42,944 bases of DNA from a virus (Duplodnaviria; Caudoviricetes): the IMG/VR virus record IMGVR_UViG_3300017754_002694, positions 1 through 42,944 of that record. One strand, 5' to 3'. Below are positions 1 to 11,400 of this stretch, piece after piece (position 1 is the stretch's first letter; every line of letters starts with the position of its first letter). The translations under genes were made by a program, and so were the position numbers. The notes under the pieces are model-generated. The model was given only the letters and a program-made list of their open reading frames with translations. It ran no database searches and was not told the origin of the DNA.

Positions 1-1497
1 AAGACTCCGAACGCACGTGGCGTCATCGTGGCCGACGATACGGACGGCGCGAACGCGCTGCTCGAGATCGGCAAGCTCATGAAGGCCAAGCTGCCGTTCA
101 AGCTGCCAGTGAAGTACGAGAACCGATCGGTGCTGTACTTCGACGAGCCGATCTACAGCCTGCTCGATATCGACACGGCCAAGAACCCGGACCCGTGTCG
201 TGGCGGCATGTACCGATTTGCGCACTGCACCGAGCCTCAGATCTGGCCCGATCCTGAGAAGCGTGCGATCGCCATCGAGAACGCTGTTCCCGACGAGCCC
301 AACACGGTGATCAGCTACGAAGGCACCGGATCGGGCATGAACTGGTGGTACGACTTCTGGATGCGGGCATACCGTGGAGAGTCCGACTGGCACGCGCTGT
401 TCTTTCCGTGGTGGTACGACAAGAACTTTGACTACTCGCTCAAGCTAATAAAGGATCAGGCTGTTGCCTTGCTTGAGACGCTCGATGATGAGGAGCGTGA
501 GCTGCTGCGCATGGGCTTGGATGCCGGACAGCTTGCGTGGCGCAGGGCCAAGATCGAGAACACCTTCCGTGGCAACGTCGAGCTCTTCCACCAAGAGTTC
601 CCGGCCACGCCTCGAGAGGCATTCATCGCCTCAGGACGCCCAGCCTTTCCAAGCAATCAGGTGCTGTCCATCAAGTCCGAGGCCAAGGATCCGATCTGGA
701 AGGGCAGCATCCTGATCGACGATGACCGCAAGTCCTACCGCATGGCCGCTGACCCGACGGGTCCGCTGTGGATCTGGGAGCACCCAAAGCCGGGGACGCC
801 CTACGCCATCGGGGTCGACGTTGGCCATGGGGTGACCGGCGGCGACGACTCGGTCGCGGTCGTTATCAACGCCAAGACCTGCGAACAGGTCGCCGTGCTG
901 CTCTACTCTCCCCGTCCACCTATGCGGGCTACCATCCGCCCCAAGGAGTTCGGGCGCTTGGTCGGCATGCTGGGTATGCACTATGGCAACGCCTACCTGA
1001 TGCCAGAGATCGAGGGTCCGGGGGTGTCGGCTCTGGATGCCCTGCGCGACATGTCCTACCCCGCTCTTGGACGCCGGGAGACCTACGACAAGGTCGGGCA
1101 GAGGACTACCCACAAGCTGGGGTGGTCTACCAACAGCATGAGCCGTCCGGCCCTGTTCAACGAGATCCGTGAGCATCTGGCTCTCGAGACCGACGGCGCT
1201 CGCTTCCATGACCATCGGCTGGCCGAGCAGATGCTGAAGATGTACCTCAGTTCGAACATGCGCGAAGAGGCTCCGTCCGGAGAGCACGACGACTACGTCA
1301 TGGCTTGGGGCATCGCGCTGATGGGCCGGCGCTATGCCATGTCGTCCGGGTTCGTAGCCAGCAAGGAGGAGTCAATCCGGCTGTCCCTTGACCAGCAACA
1401 TTGGAAAGAGTTTGAGGCCGATTGCATTCCGGAGACGGAAGCGGCTAGTATCACCGACGGACAGGACACAGACTGGAGCGAAGAAGAATGGACGTGA
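1..1497 (+). CDS. terL: Terminase large subunit, C-terminal part (continues from 42589-42944)
   Basis: Frame is open from base 1 (KTPNARGVIVADD...). Walker-B-like AHCTE, coupling motif YEGTGSG, RNase H-type nuclease motifs IGVDVGHG and HDDYVMAW. Lies upstream of the portal. Confidence 0.95.
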   Translation, partial: KTPNARGVIVADDTDGANALLEIGKLMKAKLPFKLPVKYENRSVLYFDEPIYSLLDIDTAKNPDPCRGGMYRFAHCTEPQIWPDPEKRAIAIENAVPDEPNTVISYEGTGSGMNWWYDFWMRAYRGESDWHALFFPWWYDKNFDYSLKLIKDQAVALLETLDDEERELLRMGLDAGQLAWRRAKIENTFRGNVELFHQEFPATPREAFIASGRPAFPSNQVLSIKSEAKDPIWKGSILIDDDRKSYRMAADPTGPLWIWEHPKPGTPYAIGVDVGHGVTGGDDSVAVVINAKTCEQVAVLLYSPRPPMRATIRPKEFGRLVGMLGMHYGNAYLMPEIEGPGVSALDALRDMSYPALGRRETYDKVGQRTTHKLGWSTNSMSRPALFNEIREHLALETDGARFHDHRLAEQMLKMYLSSNMREEAPSGEHDDYVMAWGIALMGRRYAMSSGFVASKEESIRLSLDQQHWKEFEADCIPETEAASITDGQDTDWSEEEWT

Positions 1498-1757
1498 TCC
1501 CGGTTGTGGCGATCGCCGCCCTCATGGCGCACCTCGCGTGGAGCGCCTACACCCAGCGTGCCCTGCTCAAGCTCATCGAAGCTGATCGCAAGTCGCTTGA
1601 CACTGCGCGGCTCGAGATCGTGGGCATGAAGAGCCCTCAGGTCGCACAGATTGTGATGGCTGCCGACCAAGCTCGCACCGCAGCTGGCGTGGCTGAGTTC
1701 ATGCAGCGATCGGTTAGCCAGCTTGCTGATGATCCAGATGAGGAGCTGTACGGTTGA
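1488..1757 (+). CDS. Small protein with N-terminal hydrophobic helix
   Basis: Overlaps the terL stop and the portal start; hydrophobic N-terminus, acidic tail. Confidence 0.7.
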   Translation: MDVIPVVAIAALMAHLAWSAYTQRALLKLIEADRKSLDTARLEIVGMKSPQVAQIVMAADQARTAAGVAEFMQRSVSQLADDPDEELYG

Positions 1758-3712
1758 AGGCTGAAGACTTCATCTCGTCGAAGATTGCGCCAGACCTAGC
1801 GGTCGAGCGCAGGGCCATGGAGGAACAGTGGTTCTCCAACATGGCCTACTTCTATGGGAAGCCGTTCTTCGTGCCGGAAAGCGGCAGCATTCGACCCCCT
1901 CGCGATCCGCGCTACTCGCGCCAGAAGTATCAGGCCAACCTGATCCTGCCCAAGGTTCTGCGCAGCCTTGCCAAGCTGCAGGGCCTCAATGCCACGCTGA
2001 CCCCGCTTCCCATGTCGGACGATCGACGTGACGTGCAGGCAGCGAAGCTCGCGAAGTCCGCGTTCGAGCACGCGCAGCGCATCACCAAGTTCCGCATCAA
2101 GCAGCGACGGGCCATGATGTGGGCCGCCGTCTGCGGGAGTGGCTTCCTGCGTCCCGGTTGGGATCCTGACATCGGGAACCCCAAGCGGATCTACCTCAAC
2201 GAGAACGACAACGAGCCCAACATCGAGGCGTTGTTCAACGATGAGCTGCGCCTCTATCTGGAGCAGAAGCGCCGCTATCGTGACATCCGTCCGGGCGAGC
2301 TGTGTCTCGATGTGGTCGAGCCGTTCCAGATGCACTGGGATCCCAATGCCAGAGGTGGCGGTTTCGGTGATTGCCGCTGGGCCGGGACGCAGGTTGCCAA
2401 GCCTGTCGACGTGATCAAGTCGCAGTGGGGCGTGGATGTCGAGCCGGAGCCGAGCTCGAAGTTCGCAGGCGTCGAGCAGTACCGTGATGTGCTCGCGTTC
2501 CTTAGCGGTGATCACGGTGTCGCGCTGACGACCCGTCGCCCCCGCACTGACCTTGCGACCGAGATCGAGATCTACGAGATCCCTCTGGCCACCAACGGCT
2601 GGCGAGGTCGGCACGTTGTGATTGTCGGCAACACCGTCGTCAAGGACGAGCCGAACAGCTACGAGCGCCTGCCGTACACCAAGTTCGATTGGTTCCCGGT
2701 GGAAGGCCGCTTCATGGGCTTGTCGCTCGTCGAGCAGTTGCGTGGACCGCAGCGTGCCCGCAACGAGTCGCGCACCTACATGATGCGCTTCATGCGCAAC
2801 GCCGGTTACGGCATGACGCTGATTCCCAAGGGAAACGGCATCAAGCCTATGCAGGTCGCCAACGTGCCCGGACTCGTGGTCGAGTACGACCCGACCAACG
2901 GCACGCCTTCGTTCAGCCCTCCGCCGCAACAGCCGATGCACGTGCTGCAGAACGCTGCCGAGTCGGAAGCGGAGATGGACAAGATCTCGGCTCAGGCCGA
3001 TCCGACGAACAACAACCTTCCCGGCCAGCTTCGCTCTGGAGTCGCGGTGTCTGCTGTACAGGCTGACAACAACGCGATCCTGACGCCGACCAGCGAGGCG
3101 ATGCTCGAGGCCACCGCCGAGCTTGGCACGACGATGCTCGAGCTCATGGGTCGGTTCTACGACGCTCCGCGCATGATGCAGGTGCAGGGGCCTAGCGGCG
3201 AGATCGATGTCCGACGCTTCACCGGCACCGACCTTCGCGGGCACTACCGCATCCACGTGATCGCTCAACCCGACATGCTGGACAGCACCGAGGCTCGTCA
3301 CGCTCGCATGTTCGAAGCGGCGCAGCTTGGGATCCTCAACCCCGGAGATCCCGATGACAAGGCCATTCTGATCCGTGGCCTGTCCTTCCACACTCGCAGC
3401 GAATGGGCGGACCATCGTCTGCAGCAAGAGCTGGCCGAGCAGCGCGAGATCGACAAGATCATCGAGGATCCCACGTACGAGGCTGCGGTCTTGCCGTGGA
3501 ATGATCCGGGTCTGCGCTCGCGTGTGCTCGAGCGGTTCCTGAACTCTCTCGAGTTCGAGGGCCTTCCGGGGCCTGCGCAGCTGAAGCTTGTTCAGCGTTG
3601 GCAGCAGTTCAGCCAGCAACTTGCTGAACGTGCGCAGCAGCAGATGGCTATGATGCAAGCATCCAAGGGCATGCCCGGAGAGACTGGGCAGGCTTCACAA
3701 CCACGGAGATAG
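1754..3712 (+). CDS. Portal protein
   Basis: 652 aa after terL; CGSGFLRPGWD and PFQMHWDP segments, SGVAV motif and Q/M-rich tail typical of P22-like portals. TTG start with GAGGAG upstream. Confidence 0.88.
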   Translation: MKAEDFISSKIAPDLAVERRAMEEQWFSNMAYFYGKPFFVPESGSIRPPRDPRYSRQKYQANLILPKVLRSLAKLQGLNATLTPLPMSDDRRDVQAAKLAKSAFEHAQRITKFRIKQRRAMMWAAVCGSGFLRPGWDPDIGNPKRIYLNENDNEPNIEALFNDELRLYLEQKRRYRDIRPGELCLDVVEPFQMHWDPNARGGGFGDCRWAGTQVAKPVDVIKSQWGVDVEPEPSSKFAGVEQYRDVLAFLSGDHGVALTTRRPRTDLATEIEIYEIPLATNGWRGRHVVIVGNTVVKDEPNSYERLPYTKFDWFPVEGRFMGLSLVEQLRGPQRARNESRTYMMRFMRNAGYGMTLIPKGNGIKPMQVANVPGLVVEYDPTNGTPSFSPPPQQPMHVLQNAAESEAEMDKISAQADPTNNNLPGQLRSGVAVSAVQADNNAILTPTSEAMLEATAELGTTMLELMGRFYDAPRMMQVQGPSGEIDVRRFTGTDLRGHYRIHVIAQPDMLDSTEARHARMFEAAQLGILNPGDPDDKAILIRGLSFHTRSEWADHRLQQELAEQREIDKIIEDPTYEAAVLPWNDPGLRSRVLERFLNSLEFEGLPGPAQLKLVQRWQQFSQQLAERAQQQMAMMQASKGMPGETGQASQPRR

Positions 3713-3715
3713 AAC

Positions 3716-4198
3716 ATGACCGATAGCATTGGCGAACGAGCGGTTGAGATCGCTCAACAGAAAGCAACGGAGATCAAGGCCAAGCGGCCCAAGCCGCCGG
3801 CTCTTCCCAAGGTCGACGAGCAGCAGCGCGAACAGGCGTTTGCTGTTGCGCTCAAGCTGCGCGACATGCGCCGGCAGAAGCTCGACGAGCTTAACCAGAA
3901 GACCGCTGCTCCTAACCTCGGATTCATCGAGTGCCGCGAGTGCCTCGGACCGGCGCTGTGGATCCATGGAGACCCCGAGGGGTGGGTTCGCCACACCGAA
4001 TGGGAGACGGCGTACAAGCCCAAGGGTGCTGACTGGGGCGGAAAGATTCCGCACTGCCAGTGCTGCGCCGGCGAAGGTCGCAAGATCGACGCCCCTGTTC
4101 TTCATGACGGAGGCCAGAACTTTGGCATCGTCATCATGAAGAACTACTACCGCGAGATCTCTCGCGAAGAATTCGAACAACTCACCTCTGGTTCCTAG
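3716..4198 (+). CDS. Hypothetical protein with two CxxC pairs (possible Zn ribbon)
   Basis: CREC and CQCC; GGAG RBS; tight operon spacing. Confidence 0.7.
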   Translation: MTDSIGERAVEIAQQKATEIKAKRPKPPALPKVDEQQREQAFAVALKLRDMRRQKLDELNQKTAAPNLGFIECRECLGPALWIHGDPEGWVRHTEWETAYKPKGADWGGKIPHCQCCAGEGRKIDAPVLHDGGQNFGIVIMKNYYREISREEFEQLTSGS

Positions 4199-4212
4199 CT
4201 GGAGAAAACGAC

Positions 4213-5055
4213 ATGACGACCCAGAACCCCAACGCCAACGCCCAGACCACGGGTGCGCAACAAGGCAATCAGGCTTCCGTCACGCCGCCCGTCGAGCTGA
4301 CCCTGAAGCGCCACGGTCGAGAGATCAGGGTGCCGACGGACAAGGCGGTCGAACTTGCCCAGAAAGGCCTCGACTACGAGGTGAGGACTGCGGAGCTGTC
4401 CAAGAAGGAGGCGATGCTTCGGGATGACGCGGCTGCCTACGGTGAATACCAGCAGCTGAAGACTTCCTTGGAGTCCAACGCCAAGCTCAAGCAGGCGTTC
4501 CTCATGGCCATGCAGAACCCTGATGCTGTTCTGGGCGCGACCCAGCGGCAGCAGGAGTCCTACAGCGGCGATGAAGATGCCGGCAATCAGCTCGCGGCCA
4601 AGCAGGCCAACCCTGCAGCCGACCCCAATCTCCTTGTCGAGGTGGCCAATCTCAAGGCCAAGCTCGAGCAGCGCGAGATCACGGAGGCGAAGTCCCGCAT
4701 CGAGGGTGACGTGCGGTCTGAAATCACCCAGTACCCGTGGCTTGTGAATCACGACGGCTCGCTCAACAAAGCGGGTCAGGCTGCCTACAAGGCGGCCATC
4801 CTGACGATGGCTCACTCCAGCGAAACCAGCTCGGCTGCTGCGGCACTCGCCGCCAACGAACAGCGCGAGATCTTGGAGGAGATCCAGAAGCAGGGACTTC
4901 GTAGGAGCGACATGGCTGAGATGGCGCGACAGGCCCCGATGCGGGGCGGTGTCACATCGGCTACTCCGCCGCAGAATCTCAACAAGAAGAGCTTCGAGGA
5001 CGGATCGCTCCGGAACGCCGCGCTGGAATATGCGCGAAAGGCTGGCCTCCTCTAA
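4213..5055 (+). CDS. Putative capsid scaffolding protein
   Basis: Directly before the capsid gene; coiled-coil character; ELAQKGLDY followed by a helical run as in scaffold proteins; GGAG RBS. Confidence 0.75.
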   Translation: MTTQNPNANAQTTGAQQGNQASVTPPVELTLKRHGREIRVPTDKAVELAQKGLDYEVRTAELSKKEAMLRDDAAAYGEYQQLKTSLESNAKLKQAFLMAMQNPDAVLGATQRQQESYSGDEDAGNQLAAKQANPAADPNLLVEVANLKAKLEQREITEAKSRIEGDVRSEITQYPWLVNHDGSLNKAGQAAYKAAILTMAHSSETSSAAAALAANEQREILEEIQKQGLRRSDMAEMARQAPMRGGVTSATPPQNLNKKSFEDGSLRNAALEYARKAGLL

Positions 5056-5075
5056 CGGCCAAGGACTGAACTGTC

Positions 5076-6410
5076 ATGGCAAAGACTCTGATTGATGCGT
5101 CGACCGGTGGCGTCGTCTACGGCACCGGTGACTACTACACCCGAATCCTGCAGGATCTCTTCCTGCCCGTGGTTGCTGACACGGTCATCTACCCCAACAC
5201 GCGCCTGAAGCGACTGCCGCGCAACTCGACCCGCGTTCAGGGCAAGAACGTCGTCTTCCCGGTCCACACGGATGATGCCAACGGCGTCGTCGCGATCGGT
5301 GCTGGCGGCACTCTTCCCGAGCCCGATGTCGAGAAGTTCAACCAGTACTCGTTCGGCATCCGCCACATCTACGGTCGCATGAAGTTCGACGGCATCACCT
5401 CCGATGCCAACGACTCGGCGATCGCTTCGTGGCTGGACATCGTCATGAACGAAATGCAGGCCAAGGCGAAGCTACTCGCTCGTCAGCGCCAGCGCATGTA
5501 CAGCAACGACGGCTCCGGCATTCTGTGCCGCGTGATCTCGATCACTGGACCTGCTGCCAGTGAAACCATCACCGTCGGCATTCAGACGCAGATCATCGGC
5601 AATGCGACGATCACGGACTCGGTCCCGACGCGCTTCATCAAGGTCGGCCAGCTGCTGGCGTCCATCAACACGTCTGGCGTGAAGACCGGTGCGTATGTGG
5701 TGACGAGCAAGACGAACACCACGATCGTCGCAACCAAGCTGGCTCCGGCTTCGGGCACCATTGGCGCTGCGGCCACGGACGTGCTTGTGTCGCTGAACAC
5801 TCGCGTCACCGACCTCGCTGACTTCACGGTTGCTGCTGACACCGGCTACAAGAACGAGCCGATGGGCATCCGTGGCATCATCGGCGACCACAACCCGCTT
5901 CACGACACGAACTTCCAAGGCATCGATGCTTCGGTCGCCGCGAACGACTGGCACCGCGCCACGATCCTGTCGAACAGCGGCGTGGCTCGCCCGCTCACGG
6001 TTGATCTCCTCGATGAGGCTGTCATGACCGTGGTCGAGAAGGCTGACAGCGTTCCGACGGCGATCTTCGGTGACTTCAAGCAGGTCCGCAAGGTCGCTGC
6101 TCTGATCCTCCCCGACCGTCGCTTCAACACGACTGGCACTCCGATCGACTTCGAGCTGGGCTACGGCGATCTCACGATCCACGGCATCCCGTTCTTCGCC
6201 GACCGCGACTGCTACGGCAACTCGCTCGAGTTCATCGACGAGACCGACCTGAAGCTGTACGTCATGAAGGAGATGACGTGGATGGACAAGGACGGTTCCA
6301 TCTACCAGCGCATTCTCGACAAGGACGAGTATCAGGCTACGTTCTACTGCCGCGAGACGATGGGCTGCGACGTGCGCGACAAGCACCTCCTCATCACGGA
6401 TCTGGCCTAG
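5076..6410 (+). CDS. Major capsid protein (HK97-type fold)
   Basis: 444 aa, strong codon bias, position after scaffold; VVFPVH, GGTLP and GIPFFADRDC segments typical of capsid proteins. Confidence 0.88.
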   Translation: MAKTLIDASTGGVVYGTGDYYTRILQDLFLPVVADTVIYPNTRLKRLPRNSTRVQGKNVVFPVHTDDANGVVAIGAGGTLPEPDVEKFNQYSFGIRHIYGRMKFDGITSDANDSAIASWLDIVMNEMQAKAKLLARQRQRMYSNDGSGILCRVISITGPAASETITVGIQTQIIGNATITDSVPTRFIKVGQLLASINTSGVKTGAYVVTSKTNTTIVATKLAPASGTIGAAATDVLVSLNTRVTDLADFTVAADTGYKNEPMGIRGIIGDHNPLHDTNFQGIDASVAANDWHRATILSNSGVARPLTVDLLDEAVMTVVEKADSVPTAIFGDFKQVRKVAALILPDRRFNTTGTPIDFELGYGDLTIHGIPFFADRDCYGNSLEFIDETDLKLYVMKEMTWMDKDGSIYQRILDKDEYQATFYCRETMGCDVRDKHLLITDLA

Positions 6411-6425
6411 AAGGAGCCACCACAC

Positions 6426-7055
6426 ATGGCAATCCATCTTGGCCAGTTTGAGGCTGGCTCTCACCTCAAGCGCCATGAGTACTTCATGGAGCTCTGCACG
6501 CTGCCGTCGGTTTCGTCGACGGTGTATGCCAATGCTTTGTCTCTTGCAACCAAGGTTGCAGGAGACAGCACTGGCTTCGTCTCCAAGTACACGAACCAAC
6601 CTCTCAACCTGTATCTCAGTCTCATCTGTGTAGCCGGCGTGTCCAACACGATCGTGTTCCGTGTGACGGGCGAGAATCACTTCGGAGAGGCGGTGACGGA
6701 GCTTGTGACCATCGCTGGCACTGCAAGCGCGACGGTTTCGGCGTTCACTGTGAACTGCTACCGCCGTGTGACCGCAATCACCATCGATTCGATCACTGCT
6801 GGAACGACTCCCATTGCGGCTGGTATCACGTTCAGTGTTGGTATTTCCAACTTGACCGGATGCCGCTATCCGGTGTGGAGTCGCACCATTCCTGCGGTGG
6901 CGATCAAGGCTCTGGTGTACGCAGGTAGCACCGGTAATGCTGCGACGACTCACATTCTGGACAAGACGTACAACAACATCCGTGAAGCAGGCAGTGGCGC
7001 TGTCGGCGGCATGGTTGCTTTGTACCTCGACTCCAAGTACGAGCGGTACTACTAG
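6426..7055 (+). CDS. Putative capsid decoration or structural protein
   Basis: AAGGAG RBS right after the capsid stop; T/S/A-rich beta-type sequence (VTGENHFGEAVTELVT). Confidence 0.6.
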   Translation: MAIHLGQFEAGSHLKRHEYFMELCTLPSVSSTVYANALSLATKVAGDSTGFVSKYTNQPLNLYLSLICVAGVSNTIVFRVTGENHFGEAVTELVTIAGTASATVSAFTVNCYRRVTAITIDSITAGTTPIAAGITFSVGISNLTGCRYPVWSRTIPAVAIKALVYAGSTGNAATTHILDKTYNNIREAGSGAVGGMVALYLDSKYERYY

Positions 7056-7057
7056 AA

Positions 7058-7528
7058 ATGAGTCCGGAAGGCTTCCAGAAGCGTCTGCGAACCCTTCCGC
7101 TAGGTGGGGATCTCGTTGTGAAGCGGGATCCCCACTACGCGGTCCGACACGGCTACCACCCGGATGCCTACCAGATCTGGGACAAGGGGCGCGTGTCGGG
7201 CCGCCCATACTGCGTCCTCGTGGCGCAGCTGCGCGGGATCCCCGTCGAGCTGGATGACCGCATCTACGCCCGTGTGGCGAGGATGCAGGTCCAGCACAAC
7301 GGCCGTCCCGGCTGGGTTGATGACAAGGTCCGAGAGTTCATGGACGCCGACGAGCAGACCGACGTTGAGCGCGATCGGGTCTTCCACGAAACTTGGAAGG
7401 ATCGGATCGACGTTCACGGCAAGGTTCGCAGCATGTTCGGCAAGACCAAGAAGTGGGCTCTGAACAAGAGTATCCTGCCTGAACAATGCGCCTCTCAGAG
7501 CTCATCACCGCCGTCCGGCACCGTGTGA
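7058..7528 (+). CDS. Hypothetical protein in head-tail region
   Basis: Fills the operon gap; coding-like codon usage. Confidence 0.7.
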   Translation: MSPEGFQKRLRTLPLGGDLVVKRDPHYAVRHGYHPDAYQIWDKGRVSGRPYCVLVAQLRGIPVELDDRIYARVARMQVQHNGRPGWVDDKVREFMDADEQTDVERDRVFHETWKDRIDVHGKVRSMFGKTKKWALNKSILPEQCASQSSSPPSGTV

Positions 7529-8400
7529 ACGACACGGGGTCGAAGTACCACACAGACAAAGACATTGTCTTCTGGATCAACCGGCACGCCCGCGCCATCA
7601 CGCGCAAGCGGGTCGAGGCGGATACCAGCTACGCGAACCAGAAGCTCGACATCCTCGCGTCCAACACGCGCATGGTCGAGCAGATCGACAACGAGACCTA
7701 TCGGTACTACCTACCGAGCTGGATCTACCGCGTGCGGCGCATCGCGCAGTTGAGCGGCAACGACATCCTGCGTGACCTGCAGCGCACCGAGTGGGGCTTC
7801 TCGAGCAACCGCTCGATCGACATCCGAACCAAGTCCGCGCTCGACATCCGCATCTTGGCAGCCAAGGTTCCGACGCTCCTGCGTCCGGTGGTGGTTGCAA
7901 GCAACAGCGCCAGCACGTCCGAGCTTCGCGTCGCTGTCGATGGGGGCGCGGGCTACACCTTCGAGACCGAAGAGGGCTGCATGCTCGGTGCGCAGTTCGA
8001 GGTCACCACGGTCGTGTCCGGCCGAGACCCGCGCGGTGGCCCTTCGGTCGTGACCTCGCAGCAGCTGCAGGTCATCGGCTCCATCCCCACGTGGGTCATG
8101 ACCGTCAAGCCCGCGTTCCCGGCGCTTCCCGTCGCGGCCGACACGATGGAGATGCACTGCGAGATCGAGGACATCCATCTCACCTACCTGATCGAGCTCG
8201 TCGCGCACGACCTGTTCCAGCGCGTGCAGAACGTGTCGGCCATGCAGCTGTGCCGGCCCCAGCTTGAGAAGCTCGAGCGCCAGTTCGCTGTCGGCCTTCA
8301 GCCGCGCACGGACGGTATGCTGACCACCATCAATCAGGGCGAGGAGTATCTCGTCGACGACGATCCGAACGTAGACCCTTACTGGTACGGCTGGCGATGA
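7486..8400 (+). CDS. Putative head-tail adaptor (T7 gp11/P22 gp4-like)
   Basis: N-terminus MRLSELITAVRHRVND...DIVFWIN and C-terminal HLTYL helix fit adaptor patterns; central beta-rich insert. Confidence 0.7.
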   Translation: MRLSELITAVRHRVNDTGSKYHTDKDIVFWINRHARAITRKRVEADTSYANQKLDILASNTRMVEQIDNETYRYYLPSWIYRVRRIAQLSGNDILRDLQRTEWGFSSNRSIDIRTKSALDIRILAAKVPTLLRPVVVASNSASTSELRVAVDGGAGYTFETEEGCMLGAQFEVTTVVSGRDPRGGPSVVTSQQLQVIGSIPTWVMTVKPAFPALPVAADTMEMHCEIEDIHLTYLIELVAHDLFQRVQNVSAMQLCRPQLEKLERQFAVGLQPRTDGMLTTINQGEEYLVDDDPNVDPYWYGWR

Positions 8401-11400
8401 GCGGTCCGATCAATCAACGGTACTCCAGACTATGGCTGCGGCACAAACTTCCGCACCTTGCCGGTGGCCTGAACCGTGGTCAACACCCATCGCTTCTTCT
8501 GGACACGGAAAGCCCGGACTGTCTGAACGTCGACTTCGACGGCATCAGCGTCAAGTCCAGCCGTGGCAACAAGAAGTTCAACAACCAGACTGCGGTGCGT
8601 CCGGGCCTGCTGGTAGGAACGCGAGTGCCGGCAAGCCTGATCCCAGTCTTCCCGGACAAGAGCGTTCCGATGATGAGCGCGGTGTACATTCCGTACAACG
8701 ATGCGCAGGACATCGGCGGTGTTCGTAACGAGGTCTCCGATATCTTCGCAGCTCCTGCGGATGCCAACTGGGCTTTGCAGCGCGGGCGCAACTTCGAACT
8801 GAGCGTCTCGTTCCGCCTGCCAGAAGACTTCAAGCTTCTTGGCGCAGCTACGCTCGGCAGCAAGACCGCTCCGGTCACGAACGACTGGAAGACCAATCTT
8901 CAGGGCGAAGAGCTGGACGAGTTCATCGCGATCGTGCAGAAGGGCGGAGACCGCCTGACTCCGATGTCGTGGGCGCTTGGCCTCGTGAACGTCGGCAATC
9001 TGCTCGACATGGATGTCGGAGGCGGCATCAACGGTCTTGGCTTCAGCAATGCCACCTACCGCAACCGACGCAGCAACTATGCGCTGTGCTTCATGTGGCT
9101 CGACTGCCCGCAGTATGGTGTCGACCGACCTGTTCGCGCACGCTACTCGCTGTCTAACACGAAGATCTGGAAAGACGAGACAACCCACATCTCGTCTGCG
9201 GACGGAAGATACCCGACGTTCGCGTATCGTGCATTCATCGCCCCGTGGTTCGCCGAGCCGGGAAAGAACCACCATGTGTCGATCGCGCTAACTCTGGACA
9301 CTGGGTCGTCCGGTCTTCCTCTCACCCTCGAGCCTACTCCTTCGTGGAACAATAACGGTTCGATCAAGGTCCGATGCTGCGATGACTACGAAGATCTTCA
9401 GGAGTTCAGCTACGACCAAGCGTCACCCGGAGCATCGACGCTGATCCGCTACAAGGGGCCGAACGACAGCCTCGAGTACTTCAGCAAGTACGGCATCCGG
9501 TGGTGGGGCAAGGATCCGATGTTCCTTGGCCTGAACCAGAGGTTCGCCCCGTGGACATCTGCAGGCTTCATCCCCTTCGGCATTGATGCTGCTCCGGCAG
9601 AGAACGGCGGATATGCCCTGACGGACATGTCTGCCCATGGAAGCATGGCGACGATCTATGGGGAAAGGAACACGCCTGAGCAGCCACTGTCGGGGTTCAA
9701 CATTGTTCAAGCGACGAACAACTATCGGCTTGGGATCAATCGGCCATCCCCAGCAACCGAACTAACCGGGACCATCTTCGAGGTGAACCAGCGAGGCTTT
9801 GTCCTCGAGTCTGCGGCCATGGGCACAAACCCCGGCGTAAACTGGGGAGATGCTTCAGGAGCATGGACTGGCATTGGTCCTCAGGGTCGTAGCCCATGGG
9901 GGCATCTGCACAAGGAGTGGGCCGGACTTGGTGGCAGCAACCTAGCGGCGAGCAGCGGCTTCAACCCGGAGGCACTGCGCGGATATCGGTTGGTGTTGGG
10001 CGCGGTGTCTACTGCGGCTGGATTTTCTGCTACGAGTCGCCTTGCTGCTGGACAGCTGCTTTCGATTGGTACGTACACGTTTGCCACTCCCCCATATGGA
10101 GGCGCGGCGACACAGTACATCACCACTGAGTTCAAGGGATTCGTCGGGTCTGTCCCTGCGTTCACTTGGGCAAGTGATACTACGGTTGTTGGAGTACGTG
10201 CTTTCCGATGGGCTCAACGCCCCATCGTTGTTGGAGACCTGCGGATCTATTCCGGTGACACAGGTCCGAAGTCGTACGACCTGCAGCACGATCTTGTGTC
10301 CGACGAAAGCGGGATGCTTGTCGGCCATTGGCCCTGTGATGATGGCGGAGACCAGATCGTTCGAGAGGCCGTCCTGCAGAATGACGGCTATCTGATGCCG
10401 CTTGGTCTGGCAAAGACGCGCACTGGAGGAGTGTGGCTATCCGGAGAGGGCGAGGCTCTTACGCTTGACATTCGAGACAACCCCGATCTCTTGAAGCAAG
10501 TGAAGGCCGCCCTTGCAGATGGTCGCAATGGCTTCGCCATCAACATGCGCGTGCGCATTGGTGAGGCGTACTATGGCCTAACTCAGCGCAAGGAAGTTCA
10601 CAGCCGTGGATACATAGGCACTGCGACGATTGCCGGCCAGCGCATCGAGCATCGAATGGCACCGGTCTTGGCGCAGTGGTCAGCGGCCGTTCCGGAACGA
10701 ACAACTTACGCCGCGCTCAATCAGCCTCAGACAGCTGACGGGGTGTTCTCGCCGCCGCAGCCTCTTCTGGAGCTTTCGTTCGCAGATGAGCTTGAGGGCA
10801 ACATCGTGCATGAAGTTGCGCAGAGATACCCCATGGGATTCTCTGTGTCGTGCCCATCAAACGTAGACAGTACGGACTGGCTCAAGAAAGTCCCGGGCAC
10901 TGGCGCTACCGGCATTCACGCTTGGTGGCTGAACGGCGCTGTTGCGGAAAGTCGATGGGGCAAGAGCGGAGACTGGATCGGTAGGCCCATCACAATCCAG
11001 TTCGGTTTCGATCCGACCGACACTGCCTACCAATACAAGATCTACATCGCCGTGTACGACGGTGCAGAGAAGTGTTTCTGGTCGCAGCAGACCATCGATC
11101 CTCGAGAGATCGAGAGAAGCATCATCACGATCGGCGGTTCGTGGTCGTGCCGTATGCGCGAGAAGTACATCACCGGATCTCCGGTTGGATACGAGCCGCA
11201 GGGCATGTCGATCTGGGAGTCCTGTGCTCGCATGATCGTTGACTCGGTCACCGTCTATGCATGCAAGACTCCGGGTTCTTTGCCGTCCGTGTCTGGACAA
11301 ACGTCTCCTTCTGGCAACGGAAAGACGACGCACCCGGATGCCATCAACGGTGAGCCTTCGCTTGACAAGCTCGAGAAGTATCCGGGCGGAGGTACGGTCA